From IMG/VR virus record IMGVR_UViG_3300046001_004063, positions 11,098-75,097 of that record: 64,000 bases of DNA; one strand, 5' to 3'. Below, piece after piece: positions 48,450 through 57,859 of this stretch. The notes beneath the pieces were generated by a model, which was not told the origin of the DNA, searched no databases, and was given only the letters and a program-made list of their open reading frames with translations. The position numbers and the translations under genes were made by a program. Source of the stretch: a virus. The stretch's first letter is position 1. The number at the start of each line of letters is the position of its first letter.

Positions 48450-49145
48450 TTATACAGTTAACACTTGATCATACTTGTCTTGCCAAAGAACACAGGCAGC
48501 CAAGTGAGCATCCTCGAGTGGATGTAGCCCAGGATCGGTTACACTAAATCCATGTTTATAACTCCAATCTAGAAAAGTTAATCCTTCAAAAGTTTGCAAA
48601 GGTTCTTTGGTAAGATCTTGTAAGGTTTTAACATAGTCTGGAGCATGCCAAGTTGTGTCCCACATTTCGGCATCCATATATGTTTGTATACTAGGAACAT
48701 CAATGTGTTTTAAAAATTGTTGTGTAGAGTAAATGGTTTGTAGAGTTCTAAACTTGTCCCACAATGTACTGTGTCCAGGATACTTTCCGTAGAATTCTAA
48801 AATCTTTTCAGCATCTTCTGATCCAACCAATGGTGCTAACTTTGACGGGACACAGCTTAGTCCCAGTGTAGTCCATGTTTCCTGCTGTGGAATATAAAAA
48901 TCCCACCGAGCACCCCATGTCCAATTAATTACAGCCAACACATTGTCACTGGAATTATTTGAAAAATATGTTAAAATTTGACGACTAATATTTTCGTTAC
49001 CACAGCCCGGCACAGCGGTAGTTTCATAATCAACGCCTAATTTCCGTGCTGCCAGGCCAATCCAACTTTGTTGTCCATCATTATTATTGGCAAGTTCGCT
49101 GCCAAAGACAAAGCTATCTCCAAAGCCAAATATTTTTGTTTTCAT
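48450..49145 (-). CDS. SGNH-hydrolase-like protein
   Basis: FGDSF...GCGN...HPLEDAH. Confidence 0.6.
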   Translation of the reverse strand: MKTKIFGFGDSFVFGSELANNNDGQQSWIGLAARKLGVDYETTAVPGCGNENISRQILTYFSNNSSDNVLAVINWTWGARWDFYIPQQETWTTLGLSCVPSKLAPLVGSEDAEKILEFYGKYPGHSTLWDKFRTLQTIYSTQQFLKHIDVPSIQTYMDAEMWDTTWHAPDYVKTLQDLTKEPLQTFEGLTFLDWSYKHGFSVTDPGLHPLEDAHLAACVLWQDKYDQVLTV

Positions 49146-49279
49146 GCCTGTGCCTTATATAAAGTTAAATGATTTTTCTGTCTAATTTGATCCAACGTTT
49201 GATTGTAAGATTGGCTACAATCCCAAAGTATTGAATTAAATTTAGCAGACTTAATTTGATTAATTAGACCTGTTAACAT
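49142..49279 (-). CDS. small ORF (45 aa), possibly a gene remnant
   Basis: read manually; TAAATA 3 nt before ATG; ATGA-coupled to the next gene. Confidence 0.45.
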   Translation of the reverse strand: MLTGLINQIKSAKFNSILWDCSQSYNQTLDQIRQKNHLTLYKAQA

Positions 49280-49292
49280 GTTTATTTACATC

Positions 49293-50828
49293 CTAAAGAA
49301 TATAACTTCTCACAGCTTCTAGTTCGGGTATGTAATCTGCCAACTTGGTGCCACGAGCATGATCCAACTGATCATTATACATAAAAAAATCTCGTAGATT
49401 TTCAATATTGCAAACTGGGTTGTTTGTATAGTAATTGTAAATGCTGTCTATTCCGCTTTTGCAACTTTTACCGTTTGAATGATAAATGGAGGTTTGCATA
49501 CATTTTTTCATGGATTCAATCACTAGGTCTTTATTAGGGTGATTAAATGCCGACTGCCAATCCAAGTAATTGATTTGAAGATAGATGGCCGTAAACGGAA
49601 ATTCACGATCTAAAAATTCAAACAGCAGGTGTAAATTAGTTACATTGTAAATGCCTGGCACAGTATTAATGCTAACAAAATGTCCACGAGATTCCATCAT
49701 GTGAGCATTTTCTATAACTTTTTCCCAACGAGATCCCGACCTCCAGTAGTTATTGATTTTTGAAAATCCGTCTATACTAAAACTAAAATTGGTGTTGGAA
49801 AAATGTGAAACTGTTTCTAAAAATTCTTGGGAAAATTTTACACCATTTGTACACATTGTAAGAAAAAAATCTGTTCGATTTTTTGCTATACAGCGTTTCA
49901 TAAACTCCAAAACTTCTGGCATGATTGTGGGTTCACCACCTTGGAAATACACTTCACTTTTTTTATCTAATTTGTCAATATCAATTGAATCAATTTTTGC
50001 AGAGCTTGAAATCCAGGATAATGGGCCAGGAGTTACAATATTAAATTTTTTTAATTCTTTTCCAATTGGCTCACTAAGTGCCGGTTGGCAACCTCTGCAT
50101 TTAATGTTACAGTTGTTTCCGGTGTGCATTTCATAAAAATGAGGATGATCTATTTGTTTTAAATCTTCAATTGTTTCTAAATTTAATTGTGTAACCCAAT
50201 CTAAGGTTTCAAATTGTCTATAACTTTCGATGCCTTGATCTTCGTATGAGTAACACGTGGTACAACGGTCTGGTAACTTTTCACCCTGTAACATTTTGTT
50301 TCGAATTTGCGCATAGTTAACATCAGTTTTCCAATCTTTGAGTTGATCGCTTGGTGCAACTGATCCGTTATCACGTGAACATAATTTTAATTGTTTTCCA
50401 TTATCATAACGATTGATCCAGGGATATATGCAAAAACTTTTATTTTTATTGTAAACCAGGTCAGTCCAATAAGAAATTTTCTTTACGCTGTTGTTGTCTC
50501 TGAATACTGTTTGGTAATTTAGTTTTTCTAAATCAACCATTAACTTAAATGTGGCCTGGAAACATTTCCAATGACTCCATTGGTCCGAAGCCTGATCGAG
50601 CATGACAATAACATTGAATTTTTCAGCAAATTTAATTAATTTGCCACGAGGAATATCCACTATGGTTGTGTGATAATATCCAGGTTTTTGCGGATCAAAT
50701 GCAGAATCTAACACCAATCCATGATTGACACTAGCGTGTTGCTTTGCTAAGTTTGACACTTGTTGATCTGTGGATTCGTCATTGTTGCCAAGAAACAATA
50801 CTTTAGCGCCGGGTTCAAAAGAATTCAT
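49293..50828 (-). CDS. radical SAM protein with SPASM/twitch-like domain
   Basis: CNIKCRGC, GGEP, TNG, SIDG; FCIYPW...C...C..C. Confidence 0.88.
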   Translation of the reverse strand: MNSFEPGAKVLFLGNNDESTDQQVSNLAKQHASVNHGLVLDSAFDPQKPGYYHTTIVDIPRGKLIKFAEKFNVIVMLDQASDQWSHWKCFQATFKLMVDLEKLNYQTVFRDNNSVKKISYWTDLVYNKNKSFCIYPWINRYDNGKQLKLCSRDNGSVAPSDQLKDWKTDVNYAQIRNKMLQGEKLPDRCTTCYSYEDQGIESYRQFETLDWVTQLNLETIEDLKQIDHPHFYEMHTGNNCNIKCRGCQPALSEPIGKELKKFNIVTPGPLSWISSSAKIDSIDIDKLDKKSEVYFQGGEPTIMPEVLEFMKRCIAKNRTDFFLTMCTNGVKFSQEFLETVSHFSNTNFSFSIDGFSKINNYWRSGSRWEKVIENAHMMESRGHFVSINTVPGIYNVTNLHLLFEFLDREFPFTAIYLQINYLDWQSAFNHPNKDLVIESMKKCMQTSIYHSNGKSCKSGIDSIYNYYTNNPVCNIENLRDFFMYNDQLDHARGTKLADYIPELEAVRSYIL

Positions 50829-50830
50829 AA

Positions 50831-51049
50831 TTATTTCCTACGTGTAATACGTCCCCGAGTTAGATCGTAAGGTGTAAATTCAATTTCCACACGATCCCCT
50901 AGTAACACTTTGATATTGTTGGTTCGCATGCGCCCACTCAAGTGTCCTAGCACTGTGGTATCTAAACTGTCTAATTTAATTCTAAACATGGCAGCTGGTA
51001 AAATCTCCTCCACCCGGCCTTCCATGTTGATTGTTTCTTCTTTTGCCAT
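50831..51049 (-). CDS. infA: translation initiation factor IF-1
   Basis: MAKEE...[24 protein letters not shown]. Confidence 0.95.
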   Translation of the reverse strand: MAKEETINMEGRVEEILPAAMFRIKLDSLDTTVLGHLSGRMRTNNIKVLLGDRVEIEFTPYDLTRGRITRRK

Positions 51050-51059
51050 AAGCAATTAC

Positions 51060-51482
51060 TTATTCAAAACTCAGCTCTGCGCTAATCTTCTTCAGCCGGT
51101 CCATTCGGAAACTGCGCCATGCTCCGGCGTCCAGATCATACACTTTGATCACAGCAGGATCGGGTTCTTTTGGTTGCTTTCGGGGTTTAGTGGATTCTGT
51201 TACAAGCCCGTCTACACGTCCCACAATAGAAGCACTGTGTGATATAACAGCCATTGGGGGTTTTTCCGGAATCAAATCCCAATGCAGTGTGCATCGCATG
51301 GTGCGATCTGTACCATCTGCTTTGGTAAAGGTCACTGTGATAGGTTGTTTTTCCAACAAACTCCTGACCCAGTCACGCATGACATGTCGGTTTGTGTCAT
51401 CTGCTTCTTGATACTGTGTGCCTGGTGCTCCTTTGAGCAGTCGTATCACTTCCTGTTGTTCCCATTTCATCATCAACTCCAT
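51060..51482 (-). CDS. WYL/Sm-like SH3-fold phage protein
   Basis: FTKADGTDR.M.CT...V.D....WRSFR. Confidence 0.75.
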   Translation of the reverse strand: MELMMKWEQQEVIRLLKGAPGTQYQEADDTNRHVMRDWVRSLLEKQPITVTFTKADGTDRTMRCTLHWDLIPEKPPMAVISHSASIVGRVDGLVTESTKPRKQPKEPDPAVIKVYDLDAGAWRSFRMDRLKKISAELSFE

Positions 51483-51685
51483 TTTAAATTAAACCACGTT
51501 GCCCACTTGTTGTCATAAAATCTAAACTCAACATAGCCTGGAACATCTCCTGTCATGTTGTCCCATCTAGGCTGATAATACGCAAAATCAAAATCTGTTC
51601 CTTGTTGTAGTCCTTGCCGCCTGAGATCATTGACAATCAACAACATTTCATCCACACGTTTGTTGTGCAGTTTTACTATGTTCAC
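51473..51685 (-). CDS. small hypothetical protein (F..F.L.W family)
   Basis: 70-aa ORF. Confidence 0.7.
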   Translation of the reverse strand: MNIVKLHNKRVDEMLLIVNDLRRQGLQQGTDFDFAYYQPRWDNMTGDVPGYVEFRFYDNKWATWFNLKWS

Positions 51686-51960
51686 AACCAGGTCAGCTTA
51701 AACACAGCTAAATCTTGCTCATCCTCAAAGCAAACTTTATACTTGTTAGATTTGGTAAGTTTATCATAGGCTAGGGTTTTGAAGTCTTCGTCATGCCCAC
51801 CCCAGACCATGTTCCATCTGCCTTCGGGATTGTTGAATGGTTCCCAGGCCTGGCCAAACTGTCGTTCACACCATTGGGAAACCTGCAGTCGGGTGTTCAT
51901 GTCAATCAGGGTTTCATGCACCAAGTTGTTAAGTGATGCTGGATGTACAGATTGGACCAT
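51682..51960 (-). CDS. small hypothetical protein (F..F.L.W family)
   Basis: WC...FG...W...FEDEQD..VFKLTW. Confidence 0.7.
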   Translation of the reverse strand: MVQSVHPASLNNLVHETLIDMNTRLQVSQWCERQFGQAWEPFNNPEGRWNMVWGGHDEDFKTLAYDKLTKSNKYKVCFEDEQDLAVFKLTWL

Positions 51961-52352
51961 TAGCCTCTCCTCATTGTGGCAATGTCATGTGCCTCTTCGT
52001 TACTAAAGATAGGCACTGCATTGGATTTGTGCATGGTGCCAATACCAAGAACTTTTGTGCCTGTGTACACTTTGTGAACAGGTGCAGTTGAAGAACCCGG
52101 GGTCACACGGCTGGGAATGTTGTGAGTGTTTGTGCGACCAACAGGTGTGCTCAATTTGTAGTTCAATGGTTCTGCCGCAAGCGCACGTTGGCGCCGCTTT
52201 TCGTCAGCATCCAGTTCCCACTTAGCCTGTAGCTCTTTCCAGGACGCATCAAGCTCACGTGCTTTACGTGCTTCTTCTGCGTTGCGGAATTTGACTTTGC
52301 CCTTTTTCTTGCCGTTGTAGGAAAGTGCAGGATGTTCGAGATGCATGCTCAT
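51960..52352 (-). CDS. conserved T4-like-phage hypothetical protein
   Basis: YTG...GIGTMHKSNAVP motif. Confidence 0.72.
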   Translation of the reverse strand: MSMHLEHPALSYNGKKKGKVKFRNAEEARKARELDASWKELQAKWELDADEKRRQRALAAEPLNYKLSTPVGRTNTHNIPSRVTPGSSTAPVHKVYTGTKVLGIGTMHKSNAVPIFSNEEAHDIATMRRG

Positions 52353-52588
52353 TGTAAGTTCCTTGGTTCATCATTGATTGCTCGTTCAAGTGCAACACGC
52401 TCTTCGTCAGTCAAGCTATCCCAGTCTATAGGCCGGCTCTGTGCTTCAAGTTCTTCTGGCGTCATGTTGGCAAACATTTCTGTAATTTCTTTCATCACAG
52501 CATCCAGTTCGGCCTGATCCTCTACGTCAAGGCTGTCAAACGCACCGGGCGCAAATTCTACCTTCATTGGTTTTTTAGGATCTGTCAT
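52349..52588 (-). CDS. small acidic hypothetical protein
   Basis: 79-aa ORF behind a promoter. Confidence 0.7.
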   Translation of the reverse strand: MTDPKKPMKVEFAPGAFDSLDVEDQAELDAVMKEITEMFANMTPEELEAQSRPIDWDSLTDEERVALERAINDEPRNLQ

Positions 52589-52613
52589 AGTTGAACTCTG
52601 TTAATCATGCTGT

Positions 52614-52642
52614 ATTATAGCACAAGAAGAATTAGCAGTCAA
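52614..52642 (-). promoter_or_regulatory. sigma70-type promoter
   Basis: TTGACT-17-TATAAT. Confidence 0.8.
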
Positions 52643-53368
52643 CTAGCATTCTGCTACGCCGGAAAACTTGATTTCGGGCAGGCGTTCTCTTGGTATGCAC
52701 AGCATGTTTTGGTAATCCACCTGGAAAAAGGCATAATCTGGCACTCCAGCCAAACTAGCCTTGATTGGTTCCTTGCCGCTGATAAAAAACTCTACCCAAA
52801 TGTATGGACGGTGTTGCTGAATAGTTTTGAGCCCACCTGCCAGTGCGGCACACTCGTACCCTTCTACATCTAACTTGACAAAGTCCAAGCGTTCCAATTC
52901 CAAACTGTCAATTGTTTTAACTTCAACAGGTGTGCCTGTACCAGTGGCGCTGATCTGTACAGTTCCAAAGTCCTGCGGAGTTCCGTAATCAATGTCCGGC
53001 ACAATTGCTGTGCCAGGTACAGCACCAAGCCCGGCCTGTTGTAAATCACAAAAGTCAATGTCGTTTAGAGCCAAGCTGCCAGACAGCGCACGGAACAGAG
53101 TCAGTTGCGGTTCAAAACTGATGATCTGTTGACCACGTCCACGTATTCTATTGGCCACAGGAATGGTAAAGAACCCTGCATTGGCGCCGCCGTCAATGAT
53201 CACCGCACCTTCTTTTAAGGTATCGATCAACGCAAAGATGTTGTTGAGTTCGCCTTCGATATGTGTGGCACCTGTTTTGATCAGGGCCTCAGCTTGAAAG
53301 GCACAATGGCGGTTCACAATAAACCGACCATGTATGCTGTCTATCACTACAAAATTTGCTATGCTCAT
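52643..53368 (-). CDS. FkbM-family methyltransferase
   Basis: DGGANAG, FEP, KLDVEGYE. Confidence 0.9.
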   Translation of the reverse strand: MSIANFVVIDSIHGRFIVNRHCAFQAEALIKTGATHIEGELNNIFALIDTLKEGAVIIDGGANAGFFTIPVANRIRGRGQQIISFEPQLTLFRALSGSLALNDIDFCDLQQAGLGAVPGTAIVPDIDYGTPQDFGTVQISATGTGTPVEVKTIDSLELERLDFVKLDVEGYECAALAGGLKTIQQHRPYIWVEFFISGKEPIKASLAGVPDYAFFQVDYQNMLCIPRERLPEIKFSGVAEC

Positions 53369-53661
53369 TTAAACAAGATCAATGCCATCAGCACAGCTTG
53401 GATGATAAAACCTGTGCCAATTGTCACAATGTTTAAGATGTCTTTGAGAATCACAGCACGGAAAAACAACAGAACCAATCCTGCCCAGGCAAACAGCACA
53501 ATGTCCAAGTTGGGTGTGCGATCACTCAGCCCGGTCATCAGGGCCAGCAGGGTAGGTATAGTTGCGGCATGCACCACAATGGCTGCCAACCAGCCCAGAG
53601 TTTCTGCAGAGATTTTGGTAAAGGTAGTTGAAAGAAAGTTACGAATTGCATCTAGGTTCAT
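53365..53661 (-). CDS. small three-TM membrane protein (PQ-loop/SemiSWEET-like size)
   Basis: three hydrophobic helices. Confidence 0.6.
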   Translation of the reverse strand: MNLDAIRNFLSTTFTKISAETLGWLAAIVVHAATIPTLLALMTGLSDRTPNLDIVLFAWAGLVLLFFRAVILKDILNIVTIGTGFIIQAVLMALILFK

Positions 53662-54236
53662 GTGCGTTCTCCATAGAAAATATGACGGCCGATTTTTTCA
53701 ATTTTAGGATGTTTCCATCCAGGGTTTACATAGTCAGCATGATAGTAAAGTGCATTATGCAGACTGGGTAATCTAAATCCTTCTAACAGAACCTTTTTGG
53801 CCACTTCTTCACTTTCCAACCACATGGGTTTGTGTATGGCTTTTACTTTGTGGTTGCCTTCGCAATACCAACTAAATTGGCAAACTACTCGTTCGTAAAA
53901 CACATTCTTTTGGTGCACCACTCCGCAGACTGAATTGGCAAATTTGCCCGACTGCATGCGATTCAATGTGACCTGGGCCACTGCTACTTTGCCCACAAAC
54001 GGCTCTGAGGCAGCTTCCCAATAGATGTTGCGTGTTAGACATTCCAGTTGTTTGGTCTGTTCCGCGGCAGTGACATAGCCAGGTGGCATAAAGTTTTGTG
54101 CATTTCGTAGTCCGTCCAGGCGTGCATTGCAAACTGCTATTACTGCAACAGCCACTGCCACAAATCCCAGGGTCTTTACTGCTCGCGAGAGCCAGGGTAC
54201 AAGGTCGATATTTTTAAAAGTTAATATGGTGTTCAT
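53658..54236 (-). CDS. cell wall hydrolase, SleB/Hydrolase_2 family
   Basis: NIYWEA..E...GKVAVAQV.LNR, QFSW, YYHADYV.P.W. Confidence 0.92.
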   Translation of the reverse strand: MNTILTFKNIDLVPWLSRAVKTLGFVAVAVAVIAVCNARLDGLRNAQNFMPPGYVTAAEQTKQLECLTRNIYWEAASEPFVGKVAVAQVTLNRMQSGKFANSVCGVVHQKNVFYERVVCQFSWYCEGNHKVKAIHKPMWLESEEVAKKVLLEGFRLPSLHNALYYHADYVNPGWKHPKIEKIGRHIFYGERT

Positions 54237-54303
54237 AGGCTTTTACTTACTCAGAAGGGTTGAGATCCCCGGAAGACCGGGCTGAAACAAAACATTTTTG
54301 CCG

Positions 54304-54810
54304 TTAACTGCGCGGTTTACTGGGTGTTTTAGTTTTTAGTGTTTTCCACATTTCAGACTTGGTCTTGAGCTCTTGCTCAAGTTGTCGATAGCAGTCACCT
54401 AACTCTCGAAGTTGGTCCCACTCTGCTTCAAGTTCAGGATTGATGTCTAACATATTAAGTCGCTCGCCAATGGCGTTGATCTTGTCCATTAGGCTCACAC
54501 CATTCACCACAATGTCAGCATCGTCGCCACGCAGATCTATTGTGCCACTGGTATTAATTGATGTGCCTACAGTCAGGTTAGGAGACATACTAATAGGAGA
54601 CATACCTGTGTCATAGGTGTATCTTCCGGTATGAGACTGGCTTATAATAGTGTCTGATAAACTACTATAATCAAATGTACTGCTCAAGTTCAGTGAACTC
54701 AGATCAATGGTATCAGTTGTCAACACATTGTCAGACGATCCGCTACCGGTAATGGTAATGGTGTCAGTACCATAGTCCCAGAGATCTATTTGCTTTTTGT
54801 CAGAGTCCAT
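54304..54810 (-). CDS. hypothetical protein
   Basis: 168-aa ORF. Confidence 0.65.
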   Translation of the reverse strand: MDSDKKQIDLWDYGTDTITITGSGSSDNVLTTDTIDLSSLNLSSTFDYSSLSDTIISQSHTGRYTYDTGMSPISMSPNLTVGTSINTSGTIDLRGDDADIVVNGVSLMDKINAIGERLNMLDINPELEAEWDQLRELGDCYRQLEQELKTKSEMWKTLKTKTPSKPRS

Positions 54811-54950
54811 GTGCCGTCCTTATTGTCAGTCCATTCAAGCGTGTCGCCGACTTGCCACCCAAGTTCGGCACAGAATTCTTCTCCCAGATCCAGTAATAAT
54901 TCTCCTGGATTTTCCGGATCTTCAATCACTTTCAAAGTCCGCGTAAGCAT
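54786..54950 (-). CDS. AbrB/MazE-like small protein
   Basis: 54-aa ORF read manually: ...LLLDLGEEFCAELGWQVGDTLEW. Confidence 0.7.
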   Translation of the reverse strand: MLTRTLKVIEDPENPGELLLDLGEEFCAELGWQVGDTLEWTDNKDGTWTLTKSK

Positions 54951-54954
54951 TGTG

Positions 54955-55146
54955 TTACTTGGCAGCAGTGGCCAGGGCTTCTTTTTCTGCTGTGATTTCT
55001 TTGCGGCGTTCTTTGATGCCTTTGCTCATTTCCTGCAATGCTTTGCGGGCACGGGCGGCAGCGGCCTTAACACCCTTGGCAGTAAACTTCTCGTTTTCAG
55101 CGAGGTAAGATTCATAAGCGGCTACGATTTGTTCATGTTGTGTCAT
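54955..55146 (-). CDS. histone H1-like (Hc1-type) small basic protein
   Basis: KGVKAAAARARKAL...K.RR.EI. Confidence 0.75.
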   Translation of the reverse strand: MTQHEQIVAAYESYLAENEKFTAKGVKAAAARARKALQEMSKGIKERRKEITAEKEALATAAK

Positions 55147-55192
55147 ATTTGTTCCTTAAAAAGTTATAACGTGTTTACTTAACACTGTGTAC

Positions 55193-55221
55193 AGTATACA
55201 GCATTTTTTTCTGTGTGTCAA
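55193..55221 (-). promoter_or_regulatory. sigma70-type promoter
   Basis: TTGACA-17-TATACT. Confidence 0.75.
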
Positions 55222-55470
55222 CTAATCTAAGTAGATATGTCGCCGATTCCAGCAGTCCCAAACTGTAAGGTTGCTCATGCTGTGAGTCCAAGAAATTACA
55301 AAAAGGTTCAAGGTGTTTTGATCGTAAATTTGGAGACGATGCTCCTCAACTCGGGCACTCGCATTTGGTTTGGAGTTTACCCATTTAGTGAGTTTGCTTT
55401 TGGCATCATCATCTCTCAGTGCTATGATATAAAGTGCGGTATTGCTTTTGTAGGAGGGTACGGTCATCAA
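55222..55470 (-). CDS. hypothetical protein
   Basis: 82-aa ORF. Confidence 0.65.
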   Translation of the reverse strand: MMTVPSYKSNTALYIIALRDDDAKSKLTKWVNSKPNASARVEEHRLQIYDQNTLNLFVISWTHSMSNLTVWDCWNRRHIYLD

Positions 55471-55703
55471 TGTAGTGTTTGGCTCAAGTCTCTGCCCGAC
55501 TGAATGTCGTTCATATACTTAGCAAAGTCAGCATCTAATCCCAATACCTTGTCATCAAACCCTGCGGCCACGGTATCTGGCACTCCCAGTATGCGCAACA
55601 GCCCGCCCATGTGAACGTCTCGTAATCCGTATTCATAAAGTACATACATTAAACTCAGCACATGTGCTCGGATGTCTTCATCTAGTTTTTCGTCTTCTAG
55701 CAT
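55467..55703 (-). CDS. hypothetical protein
   Basis: 78-aa ORF. Confidence 0.65.
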   Translation of the reverse strand: MLEDEKLDEDIRAHVLSLMYVLYEYGLRDVHMGGLLRILGVPDTVAAGFDDKVLGLDADFAKYMNDIQSGRDLSQTLH

Positions 55704-55725
55704 AGTATTAGTTATAACACTTAAT

Positions 55726-55750
55726 AAAAAAAGCGGCCGGAGCCGCTTTG
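55726..55750 (-). terminator. rho-independent terminator
   Basis: AAAGCGGC-TCCG-GCCGC followed by T7 on the - strand. Confidence 0.85.
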
Positions 55751-55767
55751 TTTTGTGCCCAAGTTGT

Positions 55768-56121
55768 TTAGACTTTGGCAGCTTCTACCAACTGCTCAGC
55801 AGTCACAGTGCTCTTGGCCTTGGAAGGTTTGGCACTCTTGGCAGAGATCTTAACTTCGCCTTTTTTAGCGACTCGGGTTTTCTCAGCCAATTTGTTAGCC
55901 ACAGCGTAACTGGCGTCACCTGTGTAGCCCTGTGTGTCCTGCAAGAACTGCAGAGCCTGCAGTTTTGTCATGGGCGAGGGCAGTTCTACCAAGTTAATGG
56001 CAGTGCATTTGGCCTTGTTGAGGATCTTGATGCGAGCCACCAAGTCGTTAGCAAAACGAGCCTTTGTTGTACCATCAGCGTTAGTTGCGGTACCTGCTAC
56101 TGTAAAGAGTTTTTCTGTCAT
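55768..56121 (-). CDS. basic hypothetical phage protein
   Basis: 117-aa ORF with its own promoter and terminator. Confidence 0.75.
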   Translation of the reverse strand: MTEKLFTVAGTATNADGTTKARFANDLVARIKILNKAKCTAINLVELPSPMTKLQALQFLQDTQGYTGDASYAVANKLAEKTRVAKKGEVKISAKSAKPSKAKSTVTAEQLVEAAKV

Positions 56122-56190
56122 AATGTTGCCTTTTAAAGTTGCCTATCTAAGTTTAAAAAAATGTTGTGCCTTACTGCTCAACATATACAT

Positions 56191-56219
56191 ATTGTAGTTG
56201 ATCTTGTTTAGATTGTCAA
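56191..56219 (-). promoter_or_regulatory. sigma70-type promoter
   Basis: TTGACA-17-TACAAT. Confidence 0.75.
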
Positions 56220-56247
56220 CCACAAAGTGTATTCTGGTTTGCCAAAA

Positions 56248-56373
56248 TCACTTGGCCAATTCTTGACTTTGAGTTTGGATAGTTTGGACGCCACGGTCCA
56301 ACATACGGGCAATGCCTGAGAAGCCCACACTTGCCACTACCAACCCCAAAACGAATCCTATAACAAATCTCAT
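56248..56373 (-). CDS. small membrane protein (MRFVIGFVLGLVVASVGFSG...)
   Basis: 41-aa ORF read manually; ATGA coupling. Confidence 0.7.
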   Translation of the reverse strand: MRFVIGFVLGLVVASVGFSGIARMLDRGVQTIQTQSQELAK

Positions 56374-56606
56374 GATGCTTTCACTTTCTGTTTACGTGGA
56401 GCAAACTCTTTGGAAACGTAATACACCAACAGAGATTTTTGAATCATCGCAACCAAGTCGCCGCCACTGCTGTCGCCGGGCACTGCAAAGCGAACTGGAC
56501 ACTTGCTCCATGTGCGATTTTTTTGGAATTCTGAAAACCATTTGCGATGTTGATGATTTGCACTGTCAAAACAAATGGTGGGCCTCATGTGTAGGTCTAA
56601 AATCAT
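56370..56606 (-). CDS. hypothetical early protein
   Basis: 78-aa ORF after promoter and AAGGA RBS. Confidence 0.7.
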   Translation of the reverse strand: MILDLHMRPTICFDSANHQHRKWFSEFQKNRTWSKCPVRFAVPGDSSGGDLVAMIQKSLLVYYVSKEFAPRKQKVKAS

Positions 56607-56634
56607 TTGAATCCTTTTTAATTTCTATACAAGT

Positions 56635-56663
56635 ATTATAACAAATTAGAGTTTATTGGTCAA
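56635..56663 (-). promoter_or_regulatory. early sigma70-type promoter (repeat family)
   Basis: TTGACC-17-TATAAT. Confidence 0.85.
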
Positions 56664-56949
56664 CCAAACCCACAGCATTTTTAATTTCGTAGCGAGCAAT
56701 CTTCTCGTCAAAGTACATGCGAGTTCCTTCCATGTAAGGACTTGCTACCACAATCTCGCCTAGTTCTACTGCAAGAGCCTGCGTGAAGCGAGTGAGAATG
56801 GCATGAGTGTCTTCCATCTGATCCAAGGGATCTCGGTCCAGAATTGCCTGGCAATCGTTAATGAGTTTTTGTATGTTTTTGTGCATCATATCAATTGCTC
56901 CAGAATGCTTCGCTGTCAACTCGGCAAGCCCAAGGTGTGTCAGCATCAA
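56653..56949 (-). CDS. hypothetical protein (true start probably near 56889)
   Basis: ORF track. Confidence 0.55.
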   Translation of the reverse strand: MMLTHLGLAELTAKHSGAIDMMHKNIQKLINDCQAILDRDPLDQMEDTHAILTRFTQALAVELGEIVVASPYMEGTRMYFDEKIARYEIKNAVGLVDQ

Positions 56950-57169
56950 TTTCTACAGCCTTGCCTGTCATCATGTTGCGAACAGTGATTCGAGGTGCGG
57001 TGTAGGTTGCACGAGCCACAATGTTCAGTTGGCTTTCGTTCCAACCTGCTTTGCGGCAAAGACGTGTTCGAGTTGCCTTGGCCGCACCAAAAGTTTTGTA
57101 TGCACGGGTTTTATTGGGACCGTCTGTGACGATTAATCCGGTACCTTTGGCTACGATTACGTATGACAT
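56891..57169 (-). CDS. hypothetical early protein
   Basis: VRNMMTGK.VEI..DTP..C...SE.FWS; AAGGAG RBS. Confidence 0.75.
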   Translation of the reverse strand: MSYVIVAKGTGLIVTDGPNKTRAYKTFGAAKATRTRLCRKAGWNESQLNIVARATYTAPRITVRNMMTGKAVEIDADTPWACRVDSEAFWSN

Positions 57170-57200
57170 TTTTGAACTCCTTTTTACTTACTATACTTCT

Positions 57201-57229
57201 ATTATAGCAAAATGGGAATATTTGGTCAA
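57201..57229 (-). promoter_or_regulatory. early sigma70-type promoter (repeat family)
   Basis: TTGACC-17-TATAAT. Confidence 0.85.
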
Positions 57230-57234
57230 CCGTT

Positions 57235-57435
57235 TTAGTCTACCTGTATGTCGGCTATTTTTCCGGCTCTAAACACAAAGTACATGTTAATACTTTGGTA
57301 GTACACCCAAATGCACTCATTTCCCGGTGCCATTGTATAGTGTAAATCAGGGTATTTTTGCTCCATGTAGTCTGCTACCTGGAGAACTTCAAACTCGTTT
57401 AGGAGTTCGGGACGGGATAATGTTGCATTTTTCAT
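57235..57435 (-). CDS. hypothetical early protein
   Basis: 66-aa ORF; ATG 6 nt after the -10. Confidence 0.65.
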   Translation of the reverse strand: MKNATLSRPELLNEFEVLQVADYMEQKYPDLHYTMAPGNECIWVYYQSINMYFVFRAGKIADIQVD

Positions 57436-57441
57436 ACTCTA

Positions 57442-57470
57442 ATTATAGCAAAATGGCAATAATTGGTCAA
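57442..57470 (-). promoter_or_regulatory. early sigma70-type promoter (repeat family)
   Basis: TTGACC-17-TATAAT. Confidence 0.85.
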
Positions 57471-57487
57471 CCGAAATAGTGTTGTTT

Positions 57488-57859
57488 TTATACAACACTC
57501 AGTTTGACAATGTCAGCAAAGGTGTTTTCAACTTCCCACTCGACCCAATTTTGTATGCTCTCAAATGGGACAGTTTCATCCACCCATTCGTAAACATAGT
57601 CATTGTGCCCGGCAACTAGATAATCTCTAAATGCTGTTTTGAGACGATGCTCTAGTTCGCGTATTTGACGCTCGGGCCCGTGCCATACTCCAGCCCACCG
57701 GATAGCATGGCCCACATGACCTTCATACCCATTTTGTCTAGAATCCAAATTGGTAGTGATACCAAAACAGGTACGAGAAATTACAGCGTCAGTGTCATCA
57801 TCCACAAAGCGATGACGCCAGAGATAGAAATGATGCAGATCAGAGAGATTTGTATTCAT
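57488..57859 (-). CDS. GIY-YIG/T5orf172-like small protein
   Basis: FYLW...FGITTNLDSR...E...EW pattern. Confidence 0.55.
   Translation of the reverse strand: MNTNLSDLHHFYLWRHRFVDDDTDAVISRTCFGITTNLDSRQNGYEGHVGHAIRWAGVWHGPERQIRELEHRLKTAFRDYLVAGHNDYVYEWVDETVPFESIQNWVEWEVENTFADIVKLSVV

Noticed and set aside
54250-54300. Two small hairpins with CTGAAAC suggesting a hammerhead ribozyme
   Set aside because: No CUGANGA core in the required arrangement on either strand.
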